A stretch of DNA of 64,000 nucleotides. Origin: Vulcanimicrobiota bacterium. GTDB lineage: Bacteria; Vulcanimicrobiota; Vulcanimicrobiia; Vulcanimicrobiales; Vulcanimicrobiaceae. The translations under genes and the position numbers were made by a program. The stretch spans positions 177,406-241,405 of the forward strand of contig PLRU01000034.1 of the NCBI GenBank assembly GCA_003164045.1. Direction: 5' to 3'. The notes below the pieces were generated by a model that worked only from the letters and a program-made list of their open reading frames with translations, was not told the origin of the DNA and made no database searches. Numbering within the stretch: the first letter of the stretch is position 1; every line of letters starts with the position of its first letter. Below, one piece after another: positions 15,757 to 25,005 of the stretch.

Positions 15757-17250
15757 CTATACGCCGACGAGGCTTGGTTTCTCGCCGGTCAAGAGCCAGC
15801 CGAAGCGCTCGCGCGCGAGCCGCGCGACTTCCGGCGTCGGCGTGTTTGCGATCGAGAACTTGTCGCGCCAGTGGAATGGGCGGCACGCATCGATCACCGC
15901 AACCGAGTGCGTCATGTCACGCACGGCGCGCTTCTCCGGTGGTAGGCGCGGATCGGCCGGCGAGTCCCACGAACCGCGGATGAACTGAATCGACTCGACC
16001 GGATCCGTCCGGGTGAGCATCGCCCAGAGCAGCTGGTCGAGATTGCTCGCGTCGATGTCGTCATCAACGACCACGACGTAGCGGCTGGCGTATGCCGAAG
16101 CGCCGCACTGCGCGGCGATGTGACCGGCTTGCACGGCGTGCCCCGGATAGCGCTGCTTGATCGAGACTCCGTGGAGCAAACGTGCGCCGCCAACTTCGTG
16201 GCACCACACTTGCTGCACGTCGGGAACGCCCGCGTTCATGATGTTCTGCTTGATCATCGCCGAACGCATGATCGCCCGATAGCGCGCCATCTCGTCGGGG
16301 CCGCCGCCCATCGGCGGCACACCGACGATGATCGGATCGTTCCGGTAGTAGATCGCTTTGATGTCCAGCACGGCCGTCTTGCTCGCATCGCCGACGTAGT
16401 GGCCGGTCCAGTCGCCGAACGGGCCCTCCATCTCGAGTCGATCGGGCGTGACATACCCTTCGAGTACCACCTCGGCGTTGGCCGGGAACGGCAATCCGGT
16501 GATCTGGCCGCGCACCATTTTCATCGGCGCGCCACGCATGCCGCCGACGATGTCGATCTCGAACGTCCCGTACGGCGCTTCGACGCCGCCATAGAAAAAG
16601 CACAGCGGATCGCCGCCGAGCACCATGACGAGCGGCAGCGCTTCGCCTCGGGCAAAGTACTTCTCGCGATGGATGAAACCGTGGTGCCCGGGGGCCATTT
16701 GTACGCCGACTGACTTCGCATCGTGCACTTGCGCACGATACGTCCCGGCATTGAGCCAGTTTTCTTCGGGATCGCGCGTGATGCTGTAGGTTCCGGTCCC
16801 GATGAACGGGCCACCATCTTTTTGATGCCAAATCGGCGCCGGAAACTTGAGCACATCGACGTCGTCGCCAAGCATGATGTTCTCAAAGATCGGACCGTCG
16901 GCGACGATCTCGTGCGGAATGATCCGCGGATGTTCGAGATACGCGGCCCGGTACGCGTCGCTCATTTCCCATTTGCTCAGATGCTCCGGCAGCCCGAGCG
17001 TCATCGCGCGGCGCTTGCCGGCGAACATATTCATCAACAGGCGAAAGCCCTTCGGGCAGCCGGGAATGTCCTCGAAGACGACGCACGGACCGTCATCCGC
17101 GCGCACGACGGCCTCCGCCGCAAGGCCCATATCTTCTTCCGTGTTGGCGCCGGTAACCGTACGCACTTCGCCGAGACGATCGGCGGCCGCAAGCCACTCA
17201 CGCAGATCGGTGTACGCAACGTGGGCGGCGGCGTCGGAATGGTCTGCCAT
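15757..17250 (-). CDS. UbiD-family (prFMN-dependent) aromatic acid decarboxylase
   Basis: 497 aa with a full-length UbiD-like layout (..VVFEDIPGCPKGFRLLMNMF...APIWHQKDGGPFIGTG...GHHGFIHREKY...). Last gene of the long minus-strand operon. Confidence 0.9.
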   Translation of the reverse strand: MADHSDAAAHVAYTDLREWLAAADRLGEVRTVTGANTEEDMGLAAEAVVRADDGPCVVFEDIPGCPKGFRLLMNMFAGKRRAMTLGLPEHLSKWEMSDAYRAAYLEHPRIIPHEIVADGPIFENIMLGDDVDVLKFPAPIWHQKDGGPFIGTGTYSITRDPEENWLNAGTYRAQVHDAKSVGVQMAPGHHGFIHREKYFARGEALPLVMVLGGDPLCFFYGGVEAPYGTFEIDIVGGMRGAPMKMVRGQITGLPFPANAEVVLEGYVTPDRLEMEGPFGDWTGHYVGDASKTAVLDIKAIYYRNDPIIVGVPPMGGGPDEMARYRAIMRSAMIKQNIMNAGVPDVQQVWCHEVGGARLLHGVSIKQRYPGHAVQAGHIAAQCGASAYASRYVVVVDDDIDASNLDQLLWAMLTRTDPVESIQFIRGSWDSPADPRLPPEKRAVRDMTHSVAVIDACRPFHWRDKFSIANTPTPEVARLARERFGWLLTGEKPSLVGV

Positions 17251-17274
17251 CGTTTCCTCTTCTCTCGAAGCGAT

Positions 17275-18237
17275 TCAGTCGGCGCCGGCGGCGATCATCA
17301 CGCCGGCGGGGAAGGCTGTTTTCAACGCACCGTAACGGGCAGCAACGTCGATCAGGGGTTGGATTTCGGCCGGCCGTAAGTGCTCGCCGTAAAGCGTTCG
17401 CGGCGCACCGGGTGCGACCGCCATCTTCACATATTTCTCGAGCATCTTCGCCGAGGCGTCGTGGTTCGCGTTCGCCCACACTGCGGCGTCGCGCATGACG
17501 GCGTTGAACCGCCGAATCACGTCGGACTGCGCGCGGGCATAGTCGGCTGTCGTGAACCATTCGCCAAGCAGACAGTCCTTCGACACGGCATCGAAGTGGT
17601 TCGCGAGCAGGCGGCCGTTGTCGGCGACGACGGCACTCAGAAATGGTTCGACCGACGAAGCGGCATCGATACGGCCCGACGCTAGGGCCGCACCCATCTG
17701 GGCGATCGGAATTTCGAGAAAACGCAATGACTTGATATCGCCGCCGTTCTGATCGCACCAAGCTTGTGTGGCCAAACGGCTGATGCTGCTCAACGCATCG
17801 ACGGCGATGACTTTGCCGTTGAGGTCTTTGGCGTTCACGATCGCGGAGCCGCGCGCGACGACGAGACCCTGAATCGAGGTCTTACTCGTATAGCGCGGAC
17901 CCGCCGCGGCGAAGACAAACGGAACGCCGCGTTCGTGTGCGAGGGCCAGTGAAAACGTGTTCGACGTGCCGAAATCGTAGGCCCCGCCGGCAATCGCCGC
18001 GGCGATCGCCGCGCCGCTGCTCGGCGAGGTGATCTGCGCATCGAGGCCGGCCCGCTTGAACAGTCCGAGTTCGGCCGCGTAGTAGACCTGTCCGCCGGAA
18101 TCGGTCGGGAAGGTGGCGATACGAATCGGCGTCAGCGTCTGGGCGCCGAGCGCTCGCGGCAGTGCCGCTACAAAAAGCCCAGCGCTCGCAAGCGAACGCA
18201 GCGCCGAGCTGCGCGAGAGCCTGGGCCGCGTCGTCAC
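17275..18237 (-). CDS. secreted NMT1/THI5-like ABC substrate-binding protein
   Basis: A GTG start at 18237 overlaps the upstream TGA (GTGA). VTTRPRLSRSSALRSLASAGLFVAALPRALGAQT is signal-like. VYYAAELGLFKRAGLDAQI..GAYDFGTSN..FLEIPIAQMGAALASGRIDAASSVEPF. Confidence 0.8.
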   Translation of the reverse strand: MTTRPRLSRSSALRSLASAGLFVAALPRALGAQTLTPIRIATFPTDSGGQVYYAAELGLFKRAGLDAQITSPSSGAAIAAAIAGGAYDFGTSNTFSLALAHERGVPFVFAAAGPRYTSKTSIQGLVVARGSAIVNAKDLNGKVIAVDALSSISRLATQAWCDQNGGDIKSLRFLEIPIAQMGAALASGRIDAASSVEPFLSAVVADNGRLLANHFDAVSKDCLLGEWFTTADYARAQSDVIRRFNAVMRDAAVWANANHDASAKMLEKYVKMAVAPGAPRTLYGEHLRPAEIQPLIDVAARYGALKTAFPAGVMIAAGAD

Positions 18238-19109
18238 TTGTTCAAATACGCTGTGACGATGCGGTTGAATTCGTCGGGGTGTTCCCACTGCGGCCAGTGG
18301 CCCGCATCCTCGATCATCGCCCACTCCGCGTCTTTCACGTATTGCATCGCCGCCTTCGCCGTTTTGGCTTGCTGTGACGGATTATGATCGGTCCACAGAA
18401 AGAGCATCGGCCGGGGAATGCGCGCCAGCACCTCCGGCGTGAGTTCCGATTCGGTCGTGCCCAGCGACGAGGCGGGATTCGGCTTACCGAGCGCGCGCTG
18501 GTAGAGCGCCCAGCGCAGATCGATCAGCTCGTCGTTGATGTCGCGATCCGGTTTGTAAAAGAGCCACTTCAGCCGGGCGTGTACGTTGGCCCGGTTCGGC
18601 TCCGCCATGAATTGTTTTGAAAGGCGCGTGAGTTCGGCTTGACCGGCCGCGGTCTTGGCCTGCGTCGCCTCGTCGATCGGTACCTTGAGGTGCGCACCGA
18701 CGGTATAGATCACTTTACCCACCCGATCGGGATAATCGATCGCGGCCCAGGCAGCGATCCAGCCGCCGAGCGACTCGCCGATGAGATGTGCCTTCTTGAT
18801 GCCGGCCGCATCCATGAAGTCGATCAGATGCCGGACATAGGTATCCTTGACGAACGGCTTGCCGCCGTAATCGGTGAACCCATGACCGTAATAGTCAATC
18901 GAGCGGGCGTTGAAATGCTCGCCGAGCGGAACGACGTTGCGCGCGAATGCCTCGGCGTGGCCGCCGATGCCGTGCAGCATGATGATCGTCTCGCCCGTAC
19001 CGCTCTCGATGCTCCGCGTGCGGATGCCGGCGGCATCATAGTAACGAACTTCGGCGCCCAGAAGATCGACCCAAATCGATTTCGCGGTCGCTGGAACGGT
19101 TGTTGTCAT
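18234..19109 (-). CDS. alpha/beta hydrolase (meta-cleavage-product hydrolase-like)
   Basis: IIMLHGIGGHAEAF..., nucleophile elbow LIGESLGGWIA, and C-terminal ..IEDAGHWPQWEHPDEFN. Confidence 0.85.
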   Translation of the reverse strand: MTTTVPATAKSIWVDLLGAEVRYYDAAGIRTRSIESGTGETIIMLHGIGGHAEAFARNVVPLGEHFNARSIDYYGHGFTDYGGKPFVKDTYVRHLIDFMDAAGIKKAHLIGESLGGWIAAWAAIDYPDRVGKVIYTVGAHLKVPIDEATQAKTAAGQAELTRLSKQFMAEPNRANVHARLKWLFYKPDRDINDELIDLRWALYQRALGKPNPASSLGTTESELTPEVLARIPRPMLFLWTDHNPSQQAKTAKAAMQYVKDAEWAMIEDAGHWPQWEHPDEFNRIVTAYLNK

Positions 19110-19119
19110 GACTTCCTAT

Positions 19120-20064
19120 CTATTGCGGGACGCCCGGAGCGATGATGTCTTTGGCCGGGAAGGATGCTTTGAGCAGACCGTACTTGGCCGAAGCGTCGAT
19201 CAGCGGTTGCAGTTCCGAGGCGCGCAGGCGCTCCGGATAATACATGCGCTGCACGTTCGGGTTGACCGGCGTCTTCGCGTAATCGGCGAGCATCACGGCG
19301 GTCGCGGCATGGTTTGCGTTTGCCCACACGGCGGCTTCGGCCATCGCGTCGGTGAATTGCTTGATGATCTCCGGATGGGCCTTGGCGTAGTCGATCGTGC
19401 AGAAGTAGCCGCCCTCGACCCACGTCGGCGCGATCGTATCGTAGACGTTCGCAAGAACGCGGCCCACGTCGCCTTGAACGATCGAGGTCAGCACCGGCTC
19501 CTCCGCCATGACCGCATCGACGCGGCCGGCTGCGAGCGCGGCGCTCATCGCGCTGAACGGGATCTCGACGAACTTCACCGAGTCGCTGCTCACGCCGTTC
19601 TTGTCGAGCCACGCGCGCGGCGCGACCTCACTGATGTTGCGCAGACCCGAGACGCCGATCGTCTTGCCGGCCATATCCTTGGCAGTCTTGATCGGCGAGG
19701 TCTTAGCGACCACTAGCGCGCCGGTCGGCCCTTTGCTCGAATACGCGCCCGACGGCGCGATCAGCACGAACGGCACACCGCGCTCGTGTCCGGTCGCGAT
19801 CGAGGTGGTGTTGCTATCGCCGATATCGATCGCACCGCCGACGACGGCCGCCGCAATCGCGGCGCCGTTCGTTCCGGTGATGATCTCGACATCGAGGCCG
19901 TGCTTCTTGAAAAAGCCCTGTTGCTGGGCAAAATACGAGAGCGCGCCGACGTCGATGGCGAGCGCCGCGACACGAATGTGGGGCATGGTGGTTTGCGCAG
20001 CGGCCGGGCTGCCGAGCAACGGCACGAGCAACGCGAGAACGAGAGCCATCAGGCGAGATTGCAT
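19120..20064 (-). CDS. secreted NMT1/THI5-like ABC substrate-binding protein
   Basis: Sec-type signal MQSRLMALVLALLVPLLGSPAAAQ, then LSYFAQQQGFFKKHGLDVEI..GAIDIGDSN..FVEIPFSAMSAALAAGRVDAVMAEEP. Confidence 0.8.
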   Translation of the reverse strand: MQSRLMALVLALLVPLLGSPAAAQTTMPHIRVAALAIDVGALSYFAQQQGFFKKHGLDVEIITGTNGAAIAAAVVGGAIDIGDSNTTSIATGHERGVPFVLIAPSGAYSSKGPTGALVVAKTSPIKTAKDMAGKTIGVSGLRNISEVAPRAWLDKNGVSSDSVKFVEIPFSAMSAALAAGRVDAVMAEEPVLTSIVQGDVGRVLANVYDTIAPTWVEGGYFCTIDYAKAHPEIIKQFTDAMAEAAVWANANHAATAVMLADYAKTPVNPNVQRMYYPERLRASELQPLIDASAKYGLLKASFPAKDIIAPGVPQ

Positions 20065-20065
20065 G

Positions 20066-21061
20066 TCAAACCTCCAGGAGACTGGGTACGTCTGCGGTCC
20101 AGGTCACCCAGCCGTTGCCGCATGTGGATTTACGCGCCACGAAATAGTCGACGAGCGTGGCGTGAATGCCGGGCTGCACGGCATCCATTGCCGCCGCAAC
20201 CGGTAACCACGTCCGCAATTCGCCCGTGCCCGATTCGGTCGCAGCGGATCGGAACGAGTAGAGCGCGCTCAAGCGATCCGGCTTTCCGGCGGTGAGCGCA
20301 TCGAGGAACCAGCGATCGAGTGGTTCGTCAACCCAACCCGAACGCGGCCCGAGCGGATCGTGCGACATGCCGCCGCTGCCGTACATCGCAACGCGTTGCG
20401 GGACGTCGCGGCAGATCCGTTCGATCGCCCGCCCGAGTGCGAGGCAGCGTTCGCCGTTAAGAATCGCGGGTGACCGTTCGACCGTCTTCATCATCACCGG
20501 CACGATCGGGATATCGAGCGCCGGCATCAGCAGCGGCAACGGACGCACGAGTGCGTGCGGCACCGTGCGCTTGGGATCGGCGACGACCGGAACACGCCGG
20601 CTGATCGCTACGTCGAAACCGTCGCGCACCAGTCCGTCCAGCAGCCGGTCGCCCAGTACGCGGTCGACCCGCAGGCGCACGCCGAAGCGGTCGGGATGTT
20701 CCCACGGCAAGAGCCGCGGCTCGTGATCTTCGGAGCCGAAGTTGTGGAAGCCGACGATGTCGTCGTCGCCGGCATAGATCATCAGGTTCGGCAGGTTCGC
20801 TTCGTCGAACCACTCGTTCTGATCGCCCGCCAACACGATGAGCACGTCGGGCCGCGCGGCGGCGAGTTCGCGCCTGAGCGTAGCGAAGTTCGCCGCCGTG
20901 CGCGCGACGAAACCGGCGACGGCTTCCGGCCCTTCGTCGCCGACTTGCGGCGGTTGCGGCGTCTCGCCGCTGAAGCGCTGCCATAGGCGCTGCCAGCCTT
21001 CATAGCTTTCGGCAAACAAGCTCGGCGCATGGGACGACGCCATTCCGAAAACAACGGGCAT
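20066..21061 (-). CDS. class III (LigB-type) extradiol dioxygenase, probable catalytic subunit
   Basis: MPVVFGMASSHAPSLF (first His motif), GSGGMSHDP (catalytic His) and GTGELRTW (Glu motif). The position expected for the second His reads GDQNEWF. Confidence 0.8.
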   Translation of the reverse strand: MPVVFGMASSHAPSLFAESYEGWQRLWQRFSGETPQPPQVGDEGPEAVAGFVARTAANFATLRRELAAARPDVLIVLAGDQNEWFDEANLPNLMIYAGDDDIVGFHNFGSEDHEPRLLPWEHPDRFGVRLRVDRVLGDRLLDGLVRDGFDVAISRRVPVVADPKRTVPHALVRPLPLLMPALDIPIVPVMMKTVERSPAILNGERCLALGRAIERICRDVPQRVAMYGSGGMSHDPLGPRSGWVDEPLDRWFLDALTAGKPDRLSALYSFRSAATESGTGELRTWLPVAAAMDAVQPGIHATLVDYFVARKSTCGNGWVTWTADVPSLLEV

Positions 21062-21063
21062 GG

Positions 21064-21984
21064 TTAGTTCCTCCAGTGCATGAAGCCGATTCCGGCAGCA
21101 GCGTGATGCAAGGGAATGTACTCATCGGTCACGGCGCGCAGTCCGGCCGCCTCGCAGGCGGCGCCGGCTGCCGCCCACAAGCGAATTTCGGATGTCGCGC
21201 CACGCAGCGATTGCGACTCTACCTCGAAAATCGAACCGAGGTCCGACGCTCGTCCGGTACGCAGGCGTTCGAGCACCCACGCGTCGAGCACGTCGTCGAT
21301 CCAGCCGGCCATCACATCGCCGGGCTGGCCGCTGAGACCGCCGCTCGCCAAAATCCCAATGCGGCCCGGTTGATGGACGAGCGCGCGCGCGAGCGCCGCA
21401 CCGAGCGGCGCCATACGCCGGCCCGAAATCGCGGGCGCCACGTGGCAGTTGATGTGAATCGGCACGATCGGGATCGTCACGACAAGCCGGTCGAGTGGTT
21501 CGACTAGGGCCGCGACGGCGCCGCGCTGCGGATCGCCAAGCGGCCGGAACGCGCCGCGCGCCTCCGAGACATCGAACCCATCGCGCGCGAGTTCTTCCGC
21601 CAACTGCGATGCGATAACGGCATCGCAGCGGAACGTCACCGCATCGGGCGCCTCGCCGAGGTCTGAACGCGCCGCGTCGCCCCAGATATCGTGGCCCGCG
21701 AACACGTGCAGCTGCGGCGTGTTCGTATCGTCGAAGACTCGTCCATTGTCGGCGACGAGCACCACGAGCGCGTCGAGCCGCATCGCGGCGAGCCGTTCGC
21801 CCGCGAACCAGAACGCCTCGTCGAGCCGCTGCGCGTACGTGTCGAGCCGTTCGGGCGTTTCGTCGGCCGCCGCGCGCGGCTGCACGATGTCGCCGACAAG
21901 CGCAGCGCGAACGTCGCCCCATCGCGCGCGCTCGCGATAGAGCAGCGGCGAGAACGATAACGCCTGACCGTAAACGAGCGGCAC
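21064..21984 (-). CDS. LigB-like paralog lacking the His motifs (probable non-catalytic partner subunit)
   Basis: The GTG at 21984 lies 5 nt after the upstream stop. It is collinear with 20066..21061, but reads LSFSPLLY instead of SSHAP, ADNGRVF instead of D-H, and SGGLSGQP instead of GGxSH. SEIRLW is retained. Confidence 0.65.
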   Translation of the reverse strand: MPLVYGQALSFSPLLYRERARWGDVRAALVGDIVQPRAAADETPERLDTYAQRLDEAFWFAGERLAAMRLDALVVLVADNGRVFDDTNTPQLHVFAGHDIWGDAARSDLGEAPDAVTFRCDAVIASQLAEELARDGFDVSEARGAFRPLGDPQRGAVAALVEPLDRLVVTIPIVPIHINCHVAPAISGRRMAPLGAALARALVHQPGRIGILASGGLSGQPGDVMAGWIDDVLDAWVLERLRTGRASDLGSIFEVESQSLRGATSEIRLWAAAGAACEAAGLRAVTDEYIPLHHAAAGIGFMHWRN

Positions 21985-21989
21985 TCCGC

Positions 21990-23141
21990 TCAGGTTGCCT
22001 GAGCCGAGAAGTCGTACCAATAATCCGGCTGCCAGCCCTTTTGCGCGACCGTCGTCGTGCGCGGCGCCGAAATTTCGGTCACGTATCCGAGCGTCTTGCG
22101 CGTGTCTTGATAGTGGAAGAGCGCGGAGTGATTGCGCAGCCAGCCGCTCATGCACGTCGGCGCGCCGAAGTCGTCACCGAGCCAACGGTTGATGCCTTCC
22201 CACTCATTCCAATCCGCCATCGGCACGCGCACGTCGACGTGATGGATGCCCGGCCCCAATACCTGAAGATAATCTTCTTTATAGTGGCTGGGGCCGGCGG
22301 TCGGCTGGATCACCTCGAAGCCGAACGGTAAGCCGGAGGGATTTTTCCCGAGGTCGGAGCGGCCGGTGAAGTAGCCGTGCACGACGGGCACACCGTTGTT
22401 CGTGGTGTCTTCGAGCGAACCGGGGGCGGTGCGCCAATGCATGCCGCGCCACACCGGCTGACCGAAGAGCTTGGCGAAATTCGGCAGCTTCTCGCTGAGA
22501 TTGTCAACGACGACGCCGAAGTGCGTGATGCCGAGCGCTTCCGACGCCGCTTTGACGCCGCTCGGGCGCTTGACCTCGGCCGAAAAATCCCACGTCTCAT
22601 CGACCGGGATCGTCTTTTCCCAATCGGCTTGCTGCGGTACGACGACTTGAATGTAGAACGAACCGAGCAGTTTGCGCATATCGAAGTAATAGTAATCCGC
22701 GGCACCCAAGCGATACGATTGTGCGACGGTCACGCCTTCGCTCGCGAGCCACTTGCGCATTTCGGCGAACGGCGCGGCGTCGAGTACGGTAGCAAAAATA
22801 CTGTGCACGCCCTCGCCGCGCGTGACGAGGAACTCCTCGAACGTGCTCAGGCCGCTCGTGGGCTGCACGAGCTGAAACGTCACGTTGCCGCTGGGCGTGC
22901 TGCCGATGGCCGATATGAAGCCGTACTGTCCGGGCACCGGCACCGGACCGTTGAGGTCGTACGGCGGCGGCGTGGTGGGCACGCGGCCGCGAATCGTCAT
23001 CGCCTGCAACCGCTCGGGCGTCGCGTTCGTGACGTTCCAGCGTTCGATGCCGTAGAAATCGGCGTAGTTGCGCGCCGTCGCCTTCGCGTCGTGGACGACG
23101 ACCGTAGCATACCGCAGCGTATCGAGCGGGATCTTCTGCAT
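21990..23141 (-). CDS. two-module VOC (glyoxalase/extradiol dioxygenase-fold) family protein
   Basis: 383 aa with repeated beta-alpha-beta-beta-beta-like modules (..YATVVVHDAKATARNYADFYGIERW..; ..ITHFGVVVDNLSEKLPNFAKLFG..; ..GIHHVDVRV..). The substrate is unknown. Confidence 0.7.
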   Translation of the reverse strand: MQKIPLDTLRYATVVVHDAKATARNYADFYGIERWNVTNATPERLQAMTIRGRVPTTPPPYDLNGPVPVPGQYGFISAIGSTPSGNVTFQLVQPTSGLSTFEEFLVTRGEGVHSIFATVLDAAPFAEMRKWLASEGVTVAQSYRLGAADYYYFDMRKLLGSFYIQVVVPQQADWEKTIPVDETWDFSAEVKRPSGVKAASEALGITHFGVVVDNLSEKLPNFAKLFGQPVWRGMHWRTAPGSLEDTTNNGVPVVHGYFTGRSDLGKNPSGLPFGFEVIQPTAGPSHYKEDYLQVLGPGIHHVDVRVPMADWNEWEGINRWLGDDFGAPTCMSGWLRNHSALFHYQDTRKTLGYVTEISAPRTTTVAQKGWQPDYWYDFSAQAT

Positions 23142-23155
23142 GCCGTACTCCGTGC

Positions 23156-23686
23156 TTAGAAAAAACTACTGAGGTTTTTGGAATCGAGGCTAACGTGGTC
23201 GAGGAACAAATGCCGTTTCACGATCGTGTATCCGCCCGCGCCTTCGCGCAAGACGTCACGGCGCAGCCCCGACCACATATCGTTGTCGTTGGCCAGGCGC
23301 GTGCGAACGACGAGGAAATTGCATTCGAGCGTGACGAGCCCATCGCTCCGGTCGGTAATGCGCACGTTCAAGACGTTGTGGCGCGTTCGCGACGGCGGGT
23401 CTTCGGCCCAGGCGAAGCCCGTATAGAGCTTGCGCACGCGCTGTTCCATCGACGCCTTGTCGTCATCGTAGAACGCACCCTCGCCGAGCTTCGCGAATTC
23501 ATTCGCTTCATCGCCCATCGAACGCGTGCTGCGTACCGGCATCCAGTACTCGAGTTCCGGATCGAGCAAATCGAGCCACTCGGTGAAGCGCCGCTCGTCG
23601 AGCAGCGCCGCCTCGCGATAGAGAAACTGCTCGATCTCGTACTGCAGCTGCATGGCACCATTGAGGTCGATCGCTGCGGCGCTCAC
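23156..23686 (-). CDS. aromatic ring-hydroxylating dioxygenase beta subunit
   Basis: [42 protein letters not shown]... is the canonical beta-subunit N-terminus. The GTG at 23686 overlaps the alpha-subunit TGA (GTGA). An alternative ATG lies at 23653. Confidence 0.85.
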   Translation of the reverse strand: MSAAAIDLNGAMQLQYEIEQFLYREAALLDERRFTEWLDLLDPELEYWMPVRSTRSMGDEANEFAKLGEGAFYDDDKASMEQRVRKLYTGFAWAEDPPSRTRHNVLNVRITDRSDGLVTLECNFLVVRTRLANDNDMWSGLRRDVLREGAGGYTIVKRHLFLDHVSLDSKNLSSFF

Positions 23687-25005
23687 ATCCGACCCCGCGG
23701 CTCTTGCGCCGACGCGCGCAGTTCCGGCCACGAGCCGGCCGCCATGAACTCAGCCCATACGCGATACATCCAAAACTGCGCGTGCTCGTTCGTCAGCGTG
23801 TCGATGCGCGGCGGACTCGCGCCGTCATCGACGGTCTGGCCGAACCCCAAACCCATCGCGTAGTTGAGGTCGTAGCGCTGCGAGATCGCCGTTTGCGCCG
23901 CGAGGGTGCTCTGATCCCAATTCTCGCCGTCGTCCTGTTCGAACATACCCGCCGGACCGAAGTGCCGGTTCGACGCGCGCACGGCCATCCGCTGAACGTC
24001 AGCCGGCAAATTCTTGTCGACGAGTATCGTCTTCGAGATCTCCATTTTTGCGGGACCCATCGGCCGGCGCAGCATGAACTCACGCGAACCGGTATTTACG
24101 AACAGGTTCGGAAAAATCAACATATTCGCCCGGTTCACTTTGCCGCGTAGCGGGCCTAGCTTCGCCTGCACCGCCGGATCGAAGCGCCAGTCCGAGAGTG
24201 GCGACGAGCGATCGACCTGGGACTTGTCGATGAAGTTCGCGTTGAATCCGTGACCGTACTTGGTGACCATGGTAAAGCCGTTTTCGAGACTCGGCGACAA
24301 GGTCTGCAAACTCGCCTGGCCGTTGCCGGAGCGATGGCCGGACAGAACGGCAGAACGGTGCGTCCAGAACCCGTGGTACATGTCGCCGATTGCATTGTCC
24401 GATGCGAACTTCCAGTTGACGTCCATCGTCCAACGCGCCATGCCCGGCACTGCAACGAGATCGCCCTGATCGAAGAGCATGTCCAGTCCCCAGCGGATGT
24501 CGCCGAGAAATTCATCGAGCGACGGTGCCTCCGGATCGAACGTGGCGAAGATCATTCCGCGATATGAATCGACCTTAGCCACGCGTGGCAAGCCCCATCG
24601 ACTCCGATCCAGCTGATCGCGGTATAGTTCGCTGTGACCCGGCAAACCGATGAGATCACCGCGTACGTTGTACGTCCACCCGTGATACGGACACTGGAAG
24701 CTTTTCGCATTCCCGGCATCGGCACGGCAGACTTTGTTACCGCGATGACGGCACGAGTTGATGAACGCGTTGAACGATCCGTCGGCGTCGCGGCAGACCA
24801 GTACCGGTTCTTCGCCCATGTAGACGTTGACGTAATCGCCGGTCGCCGGAAGCTGGCTCTCGTGCGCGAGAAAAAGCCAGCAGCGCGCGTAAATGCGTTC
24901 GATCTCTTCGCGATAGATCTCGGGATCGGAAAAGATCTTCCGATTGACGGTACCGGTTTGGAGATCGACGAGGCCTGCGATGCCGGAAGCGACTGCGTTA
25001 TCCAT
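23683..25005 (-). CDS. aromatic ring-hydroxylating dioxygenase alpha subunit (Rieske)
   Basis: CRHRGNKVCRADAGNAKSFQCPYHGW (Rieske motif) and DNAIGDMYHGFWTH (D-x2-H-x4-H iron site). Confidence 0.9.
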   Translation of the reverse strand: MDNAVASGIAGLVDLQTGTVNRKIFSDPEIYREEIERIYARCWLFLAHESQLPATGDYVNVYMGEEPVLVCRDADGSFNAFINSCRHRGNKVCRADAGNAKSFQCPYHGWTYNVRGDLIGLPGHSELYRDQLDRSRWGLPRVAKVDSYRGMIFATFDPEAPSLDEFLGDIRWGLDMLFDQGDLVAVPGMARWTMDVNWKFASDNAIGDMYHGFWTHRSAVLSGHRSGNGQASLQTLSPSLENGFTMVTKYGHGFNANFIDKSQVDRSSPLSDWRFDPAVQAKLGPLRGKVNRANMLIFPNLFVNTGSREFMLRRPMGPAKMEISKTILVDKNLPADVQRMAVRASNRHFGPAGMFEQDDGENWDQSTLAAQTAISQRYDLNYAMGLGFGQTVDDGASPPRIDTLTNEHAQFWMYRVWAEFMAAGSWPELRASAQEPRGRM

